DNA from: Oscillospiraceae bacterium
Lineage (GTDB): Bacteria > Bacillota > Clostridia > Oscillospirales > JAAYXM01
DNA: 62,145 bases
Direction: 5' to 3'
Assembly (NCBI GenBank): GCA_017559985.1
Contig: JAFYPW010000082.1
Coordinates: 1 to 62,145 of the forward strand
Under the pieces are notes generated by a model that saw only the letters and a list, made by a program, of their open reading frames with translations, was not told the origin of the DNA and made no database searches. Position numbers and translations under genes: made by a program. Position 1 is the first letter of the stretch. Each line of letters starts with the position of its first letter. Positions 54,654 to 62,145 of the stretch are shown here, piece after piece.

Positions 54654-55554
54654 GACCCGCCTTGTCGCAGAAATTTGCGATGAAGGAAAAAGACTTGATG
54701 TCTTTTTGGCTGAAAAACTTGATATTACAAGAAACGCCGCAGCGGCCCTCATTGAGGGCGGCGGCGTTTTGGCGCTTAAAAAGAACTATAAACTGAAAGC
54801 AGGAGATGAGATAGAGGTGACAATGCCCGAGCCTCGTGAGGTTGATATTATCCCGCAGGATATCCCGCTTGATATCGTGTATGAGGATGGTGACCTGCTT
54901 GTTATAAACAAGGCACGCGGAATGGTTGTCCACCCCGCCGCAGGAAATTGGGACAGCACACTCGTGAATGCGCTTATGTTCCATTGCGGAGAAGAGCTTT
55001 CGGGGATAAACGGAGTTCTGCGTCCGGGTATAGTACACAGGCTTGATAAGGATACGAGCGGCGTAATGCTCGTTGCCAAAAACGATTTTGCGCACAACAG
55101 CCTTGCTTTGCAGATAAAGGAGCATACCGTAAGACGCGAATATCACACCGTTGTAGTAGGGAATCTCCGCGAGGATGAGGGAACGATTGACGCGCCCATA
55201 GGCCGCCACAAAACCGACCGCAAAAAGATGGCGGTAACGAAGGCAAACTCGCGCGAGGCAATAACGCACTATTCCGTTATAGAACGTTTTTTCGGTTTTA
55301 CATACGCCTCGTGTCTTCTCGAAACGGGGAGAACGCATCAGATTCGAGTGCATATGGCGCATACGGGACATCCCGTAGTGGGAGATGAGACCTATGGCGC
55401 ACGCGACAAGCTCGGTCTTTCTGGCCAGTGTCTTCATTCGAAAAATATAACCTTTGTTCATCCGAGGACAGAAAAAACGATGTATTTTGAAACAGAGCTT
55501 CCCGCATATTTCAGCGAAATTTTAAAAAAGCTCCGTGCAAAGACAGGGGGATAA
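54646..55554 (+). CDS. rluD: RluA/RluD-family 23S rRNA pseudouridine synthase
   Basis: S4 domain plus the catalytic HRLDKDTSG motif. Start at ATG 54646, an 8-nt overlap with lspA. Confidence 0.9.
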   Translation: MNKTRLVAEICDEGKRLDVFLAEKLDITRNAAAALIEGGGVLALKKNYKLKAGDEIEVTMPEPREVDIIPQDIPLDIVYEDGDLLVINKARGMVVHPAAGNWDSTLVNALMFHCGEELSGINGVLRPGIVHRLDKDTSGVMLVAKNDFAHNSLALQIKEHTVRREYHTVVVGNLREDEGTIDAPIGRHKTDRKKMAVTKANSREAITHYSVIERFFGFTYASCLLETGRTHQIRVHMAHTGHPVVGDETYGARDKLGLSGQCLHSKNITFVHPRTEKTMYFETELPAYFSEILKKLRAKTGG

Positions 55555-55556
55555 AA

Positions 55557-55847
55557 ATGCCGAAAGAAATTATATATGTATACGCGATATGGAATGTCAT
55601 TGTGTTTTTGATCTACGGGCTTGATAAGCTCAAAGCAAAGATGGACGCTTTCCGCATTCCTGAAAAAACGCTTATTACCATTGCGGCGGTTTTCGGCGGT
55701 GTCGGTGCATGGGCAGGGATGAGGATCTTCCGCCACAAAACAAGGACAACAAAGTTTACCGTAGGAGTGCCGCTTCTTGCACTTTTAAATCTTGCAGTTA
55801 TTTTTGTTTTGATGTTGACATTTGAAAAAAATGGGATTATAATGTAG
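55557..55847 (+). CDS. DUF1294-family membrane protein
   Basis: 96 aa with DK.KA......RIPE..L and FRHKT.K.KF motifs. Confidence 0.75.
   Translation: MPKEIIYVYAIWNVIVFLIYGLDKLKAKMDAFRIPEKTLITIAAVFGGVGAWAGMRIFRHKTRTTKFTVGVPLLALLNLAVIFVLMLTFEKNGIIM
55815..55843 (+). promoter_or_regulatory. Perfect consensus sigma-A promoter (TTGACA-17-TATAAT) for the TPP riboswitch-thiT unit, embedded in the last codons of the DUF1294 gene
   Basis: ttgaca at 55815-55820, a 17-nt spacer, and tataat at 55838-55843. Confidence 0.7.
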
Positions 55848-55849
55848 TC

Positions 55850-55950
55850 ACAATCAAATAGGGGTGCTGAGTGCAACTCGGCTGAGAGCGGGCATAATGT
55901 TGTCTGTAACCCATGAACCTGATGCGGATAATGCCGACGTAGGAAAGCTT
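55850..55950 (+). ncRNA. TPP (THI-box) riboswitch aptamer
   Basis: Matches the conserved core: GGGGTGC...GGCTGAGA...ACCC..GAACCTGAT.CGGATAAT.CCG.CGTAGGAA. Confidence 0.88.
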
Positions 55951-55966
55951 TCATTAGATTTACGTA

Positions 55967-56002
55967 AATCACGCCTTGCATATCCGCACGGTGTGATTTT
56001 TT
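55967..56002 (+). terminator. Riboswitch expression-platform terminator
   Basis: aatcacgcc / ggtgtgatt (9 bp, one G-U) followed by tttt. tatccgca in its loop region can pair with the aptamer segment tgcggata as an alternative structure. Confidence 0.7.
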
Positions 56003-56022
56003 ATGTTTAAAGGAGATTTTTT

Positions 56023-56577
56023 ATGCAGACAAAAACAAAAAAACTTACTGAGTGTGCCGTTATGGTGGCACTTGCTACGGTGTTGTCATTTATTTACATA
56101 TACCAGGCGCCGCAGGGCGGCTCTGTAACTCTTGGTAGTATGGTTCCGCTTGTGATTGTAAGCGCCCACATAAAGGATATGCGCTGGGGACTTCTTGCCT
56201 GCTTTGCGTATTCGCTTATTCAAATGATGTTCGGCTTTGTCGCGCCGCCAACGGCAACACTTGCATACTTTTTTGCGGTGGTAGCACTTGATTATGTCGT
56301 CGCATTTACAGTAATCTGTCTTGTAAATCCCATATCAAAGCTTTTCTCAAACGAGCTTTTAGGAGTAGGCTTTGGTGCGGCGGTTGCCGTTGCGTGCAGG
56401 TTTCTCTGCCACTTTGCGACGGGAATCCTCATCTGGGGAGTATATGCGCCCGAGGGTCGGCCCGTCTGGCTGTACTCGCTTCTCTATAACGGAGGGTATA
56501 TGCTGCCTGAGCTTGTCATAACTGTGGTGCTTTCAATTGCAATTTATGCAGTAGTTATAATAAAACGCAGAAAATAA
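56023..56577 (+). CDS. thiT: ECF-transporter S component for thiamine (ThiT)
   Basis: 184 aa, 6 TM helices, riboswitch-controlled. Confidence 0.82.
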   Translation: MQTKTKKLTECAVMVALATVLSFIYIYQAPQGGSVTLGSMVPLVIVSAHIKDMRWGLLACFAYSLIQMMFGFVAPPTATLAYFFAVVALDYVVAFTVICLVNPISKLFSNELLGVGFGAAVAVACRFLCHFATGILIWGVYAPEGRPVWLYSLLYNGGYMLPELVITVVLSIAIYAVVIIKRRK

Positions 56578-56580
56578 TAA

Positions 56581-56605
56581 AAAGGCAGCTTATAGCTGCC
56601 TTTTT
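56581..56605. terminator. Bidirectional terminator shared by thiT and sigG
   Basis: aaaggcagc ttat agctgccttt followed by ttt. Confidence 0.8.
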
Positions 56606-57366
56606 ATTCTGTCTATCGCGCTTTTTTCAAGTCGTGAAACCTGCGCCTGACTGATGCCTATTTCGTTTGCGACCTCGGTTTGTGTTTTGCCGTCAAAAAA
56701 GCGAAGCGAAAGAATATGCTTTTCGCGGTTGTTGAGGTTTGAAATTGCCTCCTTTAAAGCAATGTGTTCAAGCCAGTTGTCGTCGGTGTTTTTCGTGTCA
56801 CCGACCTGGTCCATAACGCAGATTGTGTCGCCGCCTGAGTCTGAATACACCGGTTCATAGAGCGAAACCGGGTCACTTATTCCGTCAAGAGCAAAGACGA
56901 TGTCTTCATATTTCACATCCATAGCCTTTGCGATTTCCTCAATGCTCGGCTCGCGCTGGTTTTCGTTTATAAGCCGCTCTTTTGTTTGCAGGGCGCGATA
57001 TGCCGTATCACGCATCGAGCGGGAAACCCGGATTGTGCTGTTGTCGCGCAGATATCGTCTGATTTCGCCGATGATCATCGGAACGGCATAAGTGGAAAGA
57101 CGGAGGCCGAGAGTGACGTCAAAGTTGTCTATTGCCTTGATGAGTCCCACACATCCCACCTGGAAAAGGTCGTCCACCGCTTCGCCGCGGTTTGAAAACC
57201 GCTGTATTACGCTGAGCACAAGACGGAGGTTTCCGGAGATAAGCTTGTCCCGCGCACTGATGTTTCCGCTCCGGTATTCCCTTAACAAAGAGTTTGTTTC
57301 ATCGCCTGAAAGAACATCGAGGTCAGAGGTATTAACGCCGCATATTTCAACTTTCCCGTTTATCAA
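56590..57366 (-). CDS. sigG: Sporulation sigma factor SigG
   Basis: 258 aa with regions 2-4 conserved (GNLRLVLSV.QRF..RGE..DDLFQVGC.GL.KA.DNFD). TTG start. Confidence 0.92.
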   Translation of the reverse strand: MINGKVEICGVNTSDLDVLSGDETNSLLREYRSGNISARDKLISGNLRLVLSVIQRFSNRGEAVDDLFQVGCVGLIKAIDNFDVTLGLRLSTYAVPMIIGEIRRYLRDNSTIRVSRSMRDTAYRALQTKERLINENQREPSIEEIAKAMDVKYEDIVFALDGISDPVSLYEPVYSDSGGDTICVMDQVGDTKNTDDNWLEHIALKEAISNLNNREKHILSLRFFDGKTQTEVANEIGISQAQVSRLEKSAIDRIKRQL

Positions 57367-57368
57367 AT

Positions 57369-57424
57369 AAACACCCTCCCAAAAGCAATAAGACTGTTAT
57401 CATTATTGCCGTTGGAGGGTGTTT
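57369..57424 (-). promoter_or_regulatory. Long hairpin between sigE and sigG whose 3' arm contains the sigG SD. A sigma-F-like -10 (GGCAATAATG) lies inside the hairpin
   Basis: Minus strand: AAACACCCTCC ... GGAGGGTGTTT (11 bp) plus an inner GCAATAA/TTATTGC stem. The TTG start is 2 nt after the 3' arm. Confidence 0.6.
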
Positions 57425-57430
57425 TAATTC

Positions 57431-58138
57431 TTAAAGAAATTTAACCATTTCATTTTTCAGTCGCGCGATAATCCTTTTTTCGAGGCGCGATATGTATGAC
57501 TGCGAGATGCCTAAAATGTCGGCAACTTCCTTCTGTGTTTTCTCCTGCTCACCGCCTATGCCGAAGCGCATTTTTATAATCATCTGTTCCTTTTCGCCGA
57601 GTGTTTCAAGAGCACGGGCGAGAAGCTCGCGGTCTGTTTCGTCCTCAATCGGGCGGATAACGCTGTCAGGCTCCGTGCCGAGAATATCGGATAGGAGAAG
57701 CTCGTTTCCGTCCCAGTCGGTGTTGAGCGGCTCGTCAAACGATATTTCGTTTTTCTGCGACGAGCTTTTGCGGAGATACATAAGAATCTCGTTTTCTATG
57801 CAGCGCGAGGCGTACGTTGCAAGTTTGATGTTTTTTTCGGGGCGGTATGTGTTGACGGCCTTGATAAGTCCTATCGTGCCTATTGATACAAGGTCCTCTA
57901 TGCCGACGCCCGTGTTTTCAAACCGCTTTGCAATATACACAACAAGGCGCAGATTATGCTCGGTAAGCGTACGCTTGACGTTTTCTGAATCCGTTTCAAG
58001 GCGCGCCATAAGATATTCCTCTTCCTCGGGAGTGAGCGGCGGAGGGAGCGTATCGTTTCCGCAGATATACATAATTGCGGCGGGGGAGAGAATGTGAAGC
58101 TTTGAGAGAATTTTTAAAAGAAACAACTTAAATTTCAT
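57431..58138 (-). CDS. sigE: Sporulation sigma factor SigE (pro-sigma-E)
   Basis: 235 aa. A pro-sequence is followed by LPPPL..EEE and conserved region 2 ([14 protein letters not shown]...EDL.S.GTIGL.KA). Confidence 0.92.
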   Translation of the reverse strand: MKFKLFLLKILSKLHILSPAAIMYICGNDTLPPPLTPEEEEYLMARLETDSENVKRTLTEHNLRLVVYIAKRFENTGVGIEDLVSIGTIGLIKAVNTYRPEKNIKLATYASRCIENEILMYLRKSSSQKNEISFDEPLNTDWDGNELLLSDILGTEPDSVIRPIEDETDRELLARALETLGEKEQMIIKMRFGIGGEQEKTQKEVADILGISQSYISRLEKRIIARLKNEMVKFL

Positions 58139-58146
58139 AATGCCTC

Positions 58147-58992
58147 CTATATTATAGCAGAATATGCCCCGCCGTCGGAAACGGGGGAGTCGGAAAAGGC
58201 GATAAGCGCATCGGGTATGTGTTCTCCGCCTACCTCCACTCTCTCGGGTTTGTAAGAGAGAAGAAGAGAAAAAGAAACCCCGACGGCTTTATATGGCAGA
58301 AGCGAAAACTTACCGAAAGGGGCAAGAGTGTCAAGCAAAAGGGGGTATGTTACGGGGCTGTTATCTTTTAGTGTTTTCCGTATGCTTTCACAAAATAGAT
58401 TTTCAACAGACGGAAAGTCGCATATGAGCACGGGGGCATTGGTTTTCGGCGCGCGAAGAGAATTTCCCGTATCGCGCAGGGCGGAAAGGGAGACGGAGCG
58501 CTCGCCGCAGATGATTTTCACATCGCAAATTTCACGGACGGTCTTACTTGCCGTGCGTCTGAATATAAGAACGAGGAGAAGATAGCAGATAAGCGAGGAG
58601 AAAATAAGCGTTCTAAGTGATATGTCTATATAATAAATTCCGTTTGCGATTTGTGCAGTACCGTTCGGAAAGATGAGGGACACAGCAAAGATAAAGCCGC
58701 CAAAAGCAAGAGAAACTGCAAAAAAAGAAAGCGTGTGTCGGAATATGCTGCGCTTTCCGAAGGATATAAAAATTGTGAGGAAGGAAGCAACGGTTTTTGC
58801 GATTAACCCTGTCAGAAAGGAAAGCTCAGGGAAAAAGGCAAAAACTCCGTACAGTGCCGAAAAAACTCCGCCCAGAAGAAGCCGCCACCTTTTTATATGG
58901 CTTGTGTGCAGATGTGATACCGCGAATAATATAAGATAATTTATAATAAAATTAATAACAAATAGAATATCTATGTAAACAGTTCTTACCAC
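58147..58992 (-). CDS. spoIIGA: Sigma-E processing peptidase SpoIIGA
   Basis: 281 aa with 5 N-terminal TM helices, a C-terminal aspartic protease-like domain with the DTGN motif (LRDTGNSL), and position upstream of sigE. GTG start after aaaggagg. Confidence 0.88.
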   Translation of the reverse strand: MVRTVYIDILFVINFIINYLILFAVSHLHTSHIKRWRLLLGGVFSALYGVFAFFPELSFLTGLIAKTVASFLTIFISFGKRSIFRHTLSFFAVSLAFGGFIFAVSLIFPNGTAQIANGIYYIDISLRTLIFSSLICYLLLVLIFRRTASKTVREICDVKIICGERSVSLSALRDTGNSLRAPKTNAPVLICDFPSVENLFCESIRKTLKDNSPVTYPLLLDTLAPFGKFSLLPYKAVGVSFSLLLSYKPERVEVGGEHIPDALIAFSDSPVSDGGAYSAII

Positions 58993-59074
58993 ACGGTAAC
59001 GACCTCCTTTGTAATGAGTATTTTACAACAAGATGTAAGATAAAAAATGTCTAAAAGTGTTAGGAGGAAAAATT

Positions 59075-59521
59075 ATGAAAGCAAAAAGAAGAGGTTATGT
59101 TTATTTTTTAATTGCCGCAGCAGCTGTCTTGCTTTTATTATGGTTGCTATTTTTGCCTGAAAGTGCGGAAGTGGAAGAAAGTGTACAAAGTCCGGCAACA
59201 CATCTTCCGTTTTCAGAGTTGTCCATAGAGCTGTCTGAGGAAGGTGAGCTATCGTTTTTTGCCGAGATGGAGAAGGGCGAGCTTTTAAACCTTTTTAAAA
59301 AGGGGGATGTTGAGCTCTCGACTGCGCTCAATATCGGCTCGTTTTTTCTGCCTAAAACAATAGATGTGTCGGGAAAGATGGCGGTAGTGTCGCCCGAGGA
59401 AGGGGGAATAGCTCTCAGGTTTTTGGAGATTACCGTTAATGAGCACGAAATTACCGAAAAAGTGATTCGCGGTATAGGCGAAATGCACCTTGATTTCAAA
59501 CGCTCTTTGGTCTATAATTAA
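59075..59521 (+). CDS. Membrane-anchored hypothetical protein
   Basis: Start at ATG 59075 after taggagg. N-terminal TM helix. Divergent from spoIIGA. Confidence 0.55.
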   Translation: MKAKRRGYVYFLIAAAAVLLLLWLLFLPESAEVEESVQSPATHLPFSELSIELSEEGELSFFAEMEKGELLNLFKKGDVELSTALNIGSFFLPKTIDVSGKMAVVSPEEGGIALRFLEITVNEHEITEKVIRGIGEMHLDFKRSLVYN

Positions 59522-59564
59522 AATGTCGAAGTTTTTCGATCCTGGCATAGAAAGGGTGTTATCA

Positions 59565-61811
59565 ATGGTTTCAGTAATAAAGAACGGTGTGTATTACAAA
59601 GACGGTTGCCTTCTTTCGATAAAGGATGCAAGCGTTCTTGGTGTGGACGCTCCGGGCGAAGCAAAAAAGAAAACTATGGCTTATTCCATATTGGAGGCAC
59701 ACAATACCTCCGGCAATATGGACAAGCTTAAAATTAAATTTGATGCTATGGCATCGCACGACATTACATATGTCGGAATTATTCAGACGGCGCGCGCATC
59801 CGGCCTCACTGAATTTCCGCTTCCGTATGTTCTCACAAACTGCCACAACAGCTTGTGCGCTGTTGGCGGAACGATAAACGAGGACGACCATATTTTCGGT
59901 CTTTCTGCCGCAAAAAAATACGGCGGTGAGTTTGTCCCAGCGCATCAGGCGGTTATTCACCAGTATATGCGCGAGAGATATGCAGGCTGCGGTAAGATGA
60001 TTTTAGCGTCTGACTCTCACACAAGATACGGTGCGCTCGGCGCAATTTCCATCGGTGAGGGCGGGCCTGAACTTGCACGTCAGCTTCTCTCAAAGACATA
60101 TGACATTGCTTATCCTGAGATTGTGTGCGTCTACCTTGAAGGTGCTCCGCGCCCCGGCGTCGGTCCGCAGGACGTTGCGATTGCGATAATCGGTGCGGTG
60201 TTCAAGTCGGGTGCGGTAAAAAACAAAATTATGGAGTTTGTCGGCCCCGGAATTGCGAACCTCGGTATGGATTACCGCAACGGCATTGATGTTATGACAA
60301 CGGAAACCTCTTGCCTGTCTTCTATCTGGGAGACGGACAAGACTGTTTGTGACTTCCTCACAGCGCACGGCAGACCGCAGGATTATAAGCCCCTCCATCC
60401 GCAGAGCGGTGCATATTATGACTCGGCTGTCTGTGTTGACCTTTCAAAGGTTGAGCCGATGATTGCGCTTCCGTTCCATCCGTCAAATGCTTATACAATA
60501 GCAGAGCTTAAAGCAAACCTTCCCGATATTCTTGCGCGAGTCGATGTAGATGCAAAAGAAATGCTCGGTATTGATGATAAGAAGGTTTCGCTTCTCAATA
60601 AGATTCGAAACGGCGAGCTTTATGTTGACCAGGGCTTTGTCGGAGGCTGTTCGGGCGGTCTTTTCCAGAACATTCACCGCGTCCGCGACATATTGAAGGA
60701 TGCAACAACAGGTGACGGTGCGTTCTGGCTCTCGGTTTATCCGGCAAGTACGCCGATGTCTATGGAGCTTATGCGCGACGGTACGCTTTCAGACCTTACT
60801 GCGGCAGGCGTCAGCATCCGTTCGTGCTTCTGCGGCCCGTGCTTCGGTGCAGGCGATGTTCCTGCAAACGGTGCGCTTTCAATCCGCCACGCAACAAGAA
60901 ACTTCCCGAACCGCGAAGGCTCAAAGCCGGGTGACGGCCAGATATCCTACGTTGCGCTTATGGATGCACGCTCCATTGCCGCAACGGCGCGAAACGGCGG
61001 AAAGCTCACTTCTGCTTTCGAACTCGAAAATATTCCTGTTGATCCGCAGGATGAGAAGTATTCATACGACGCAACTCCGTATAAGAGTCGCATCTATTAC
61101 GGCGTAGGGAAGCCTGATGCGTCGGCAGAGCTTAAATTCGGTCCGAATATTGCAGACTGGCCGAAGATGATCGGTATGACGGAAAATCTTCTCATCTCTG
61201 TTGCCAGTGCAATCTATGACCCGGTAACAACCACTGACGAGCTCATTCCGTCGGGCGAGACGTCGTCTTACCGTTCAAATCCGATAAAGCTTGCATCATT
61301 TGCACTTTCAAGAAAGGACCCCGAATATGTCGGCCGTGCAAACTCGGTACACAAAGCCGAACTTGCACGTCGCGAGGGTGATAAAGATGCACTTTCCGCG
61401 TTTGGTGTTTCCGGCATTGATATGGCAAAAACATCAGTCGGAACAGCTGTTTTTGCTCTGAAACCGGGCGACGGCTCCGCGCGTGAGCAGGCGGCATCCT
61501 GCCAGAGAGTTCTTGGCGGTGTTGCAAACATTGCGGCAGAATACGCAACCAAGCGCTACCGCTCGAATGTTGTAAACTGGGGTATGCTTCCGTTTATCCT
61601 TGACGGTGCGGAAAGCTCGGGAATTGCCGCCGGTGACCTTATTTATATTGAAGGTATCCGCGAGGTTCTTCTCGGCGATGCAGAAGAGGTTTCGGCAAAG
61701 CTTATAAAAGACGGAAAGACATCTGAAATAACCTTGAAGCTTCCTGCTCTTACGAGAGAAGAGCGCGACATTATCCTCGCAGGCTGTCTTATCAACTACT
61801 ACTCAAAGTAA
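59565..61811 (+). CDS. Aconitase-family Fe-S hydratase (aconitate hydratase-like, about 750 aa form)
   Basis: SDSHT, GGCSGG and CGPCFG cluster-ligand motifs plus a C-terminal swivel domain. The start is either ATG 59565 (SD aaaggg) or ATG 59523. Confidence 0.75.
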   Translation: MVSVIKNGVYYKDGCLLSIKDASVLGVDAPGEAKKKTMAYSILEAHNTSGNMDKLKIKFDAMASHDITYVGIIQTARASGLTEFPLPYVLTNCHNSLCAVGGTINEDDHIFGLSAAKKYGGEFVPAHQAVIHQYMRERYAGCGKMILASDSHTRYGALGAISIGEGGPELARQLLSKTYDIAYPEIVCVYLEGAPRPGVGPQDVAIAIIGAVFKSGAVKNKIMEFVGPGIANLGMDYRNGIDVMTTETSCLSSIWETDKTVCDFLTAHGRPQDYKPLHPQSGAYYDSAVCVDLSKVEPMIALPFHPSNAYTIAELKANLPDILARVDVDAKEMLGIDDKKVSLLNKIRNGELYVDQGFVGGCSGGLFQNIHRVRDILKDATTGDGAFWLSVYPASTPMSMELMRDGTLSDLTAAGVSIRSCFCGPCFGAGDVPANGALSIRHATRNFPNREGSKPGDGQISYVALMDARSIAATARNGGKLTSAFELENIPVDPQDEKYSYDATPYKSRIYYGVGKPDASAELKFGPNIADWPKMIGMTENLLISVASAIYDPVTTTDELIPSGETSSYRSNPIKLASFALSRKDPEYVGRANSVHKAELARREGDKDALSAFGVSGIDMAKTSVGTAVFALKPGDGSAREQAASCQRVLGGVANIAAEYATKRYRSNVVNWGMLPFILDGAESSGIAAGDLIYIEGIREVLLGDAEEVSAKLIKDGKTSEITLKLPALTREERDIILAGCLINYYSK

Positions 61812-61820
61812 ATAAACAGA

Positions 61821-61857
61821 AAACAACCGTGTGACTTTGTCACACGGTTGTTTTTGT
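61821..61857. terminator. Bidirectional rho-independent terminator
   Basis: aaacaaccgtgtgac ttt gtcacacggttgttt followed by ttgtttt. Confidence 0.85.
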
Positions 61858-61858
61858 T

Positions 61859-62145
61859 TTAATCGTTGTGGATGTTGAACTTACCGTCGTTTCCATAAAG
61901 CTTCATAAGAGCTTCGAGGAGGTAATAGTCACCAAAGATATACGGTACGTGCATACCCTGTCTTGCGTGGTAAGAACCCGAACCGTTTTTGAGGAGAACA
62001 AGCTCATCTTCGTCGTAGTTGCAGTTTTCATCAAGTACGCGGAGAAGGTTCATTGCCGCACGCTCGTACATCGGCTTTTCAAATTCCGGAACTGCTTTTG
62101 CGATTTCAATAAAGCCGCAGGCTGCAACGGCAGCGGCAGAGGAAT
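61859..62145 (-). CDS. C-terminal part of a six-hairpin glycoside hydrolase (GH88/GH105-type unsaturated uronyl hydrolase); the gene continues beyond the window
   Basis: The frame is open to the window edge. The C-terminal GDYY.LEAL motif is typical of GH88. Confidence 0.5.
   Translation of the reverse strand, partial: SSAAAVAACGFIEIAKAVPEFEKPMYERAAMNLLRVLDENCNYDEDELVLLKNGSGSYHARQGMHVPYIFGDYYLLEALMKLYGNDGKFNIHND

Noticed and set aside
54601-55461. 286-aa minus-strand ORF overlapping rluD
   Set aside because: It is antisense to a pseudouridine synthase that carries the catalytic HRLDKDTSG motif. It has no features of its own.
1-62145. Mobile elements, prophage or defence islands
   Set aside because: I recognised no integrase, transposase, recombinase, reverse transcriptase, Cas, restriction-modification or phage structural gene in any frame. 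The only mobility-like signal is the tRNA-Thr repeat reported as a finding.

Overview
This 62-kb window looks like core chromosome of an endospore-forming Firmicute. The class Clostridia (Oscillospiraceae/Ruminococcaceae-like) is my inference from gene content only, with no database search. I call about 62 protein genes, 2 tRNAs (Gly-CCC, Thr-CGU) and one TPP riboswitch. Conserved housekeeping blocks: alr-mazF; rpsO-pnp; miaB-mutS-mutL-miaA-hfq; yggS(ylmE)-sepF-yggT-divIVA-ileS-lspA-rluD; the sporulation loci spoIIE and spoIIGA-sigE-sigG; GTP-PEPCK; coaW; TPP riboswitch-thiT. Two AraC-controlled accessory-looking metabolic islands sit between them. (1) 15.6-23.7 kb: divergent operons carrying a Gfo/Idh/MocA oxidoreductase, two xylose-isomerase-like TIM-barrel proteins, an amidohydrolase_2, a DegT-type PLP aminotransferase, and uxuA/uxuB. 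(2) 28.5-32.7 kb: an AtuA-like DUF1446 protein, DUF4387, and a two-subunit Fe-S hydro-lyase of the TtdAB/class-I fumarase type. I saw no CRISPR array, transposase, integrase, phage genes or recognisable defence system. The best candidates for something undescribed are: a 62-bp perfect direct repeat duplicating the 3' end of tRNA-Thr plus its terminator around a 131-bp hairpin-rich insert; the two uncharacterised catabolic clusters with candidate operators; an intact MazF/EndoA toxin with no room for its usual antitoxin; and a 24-bp perfect repeat bracketing exactly one gene. All product calls rest on motif and family recognition by eye from the ORF track. None has been checked by search.
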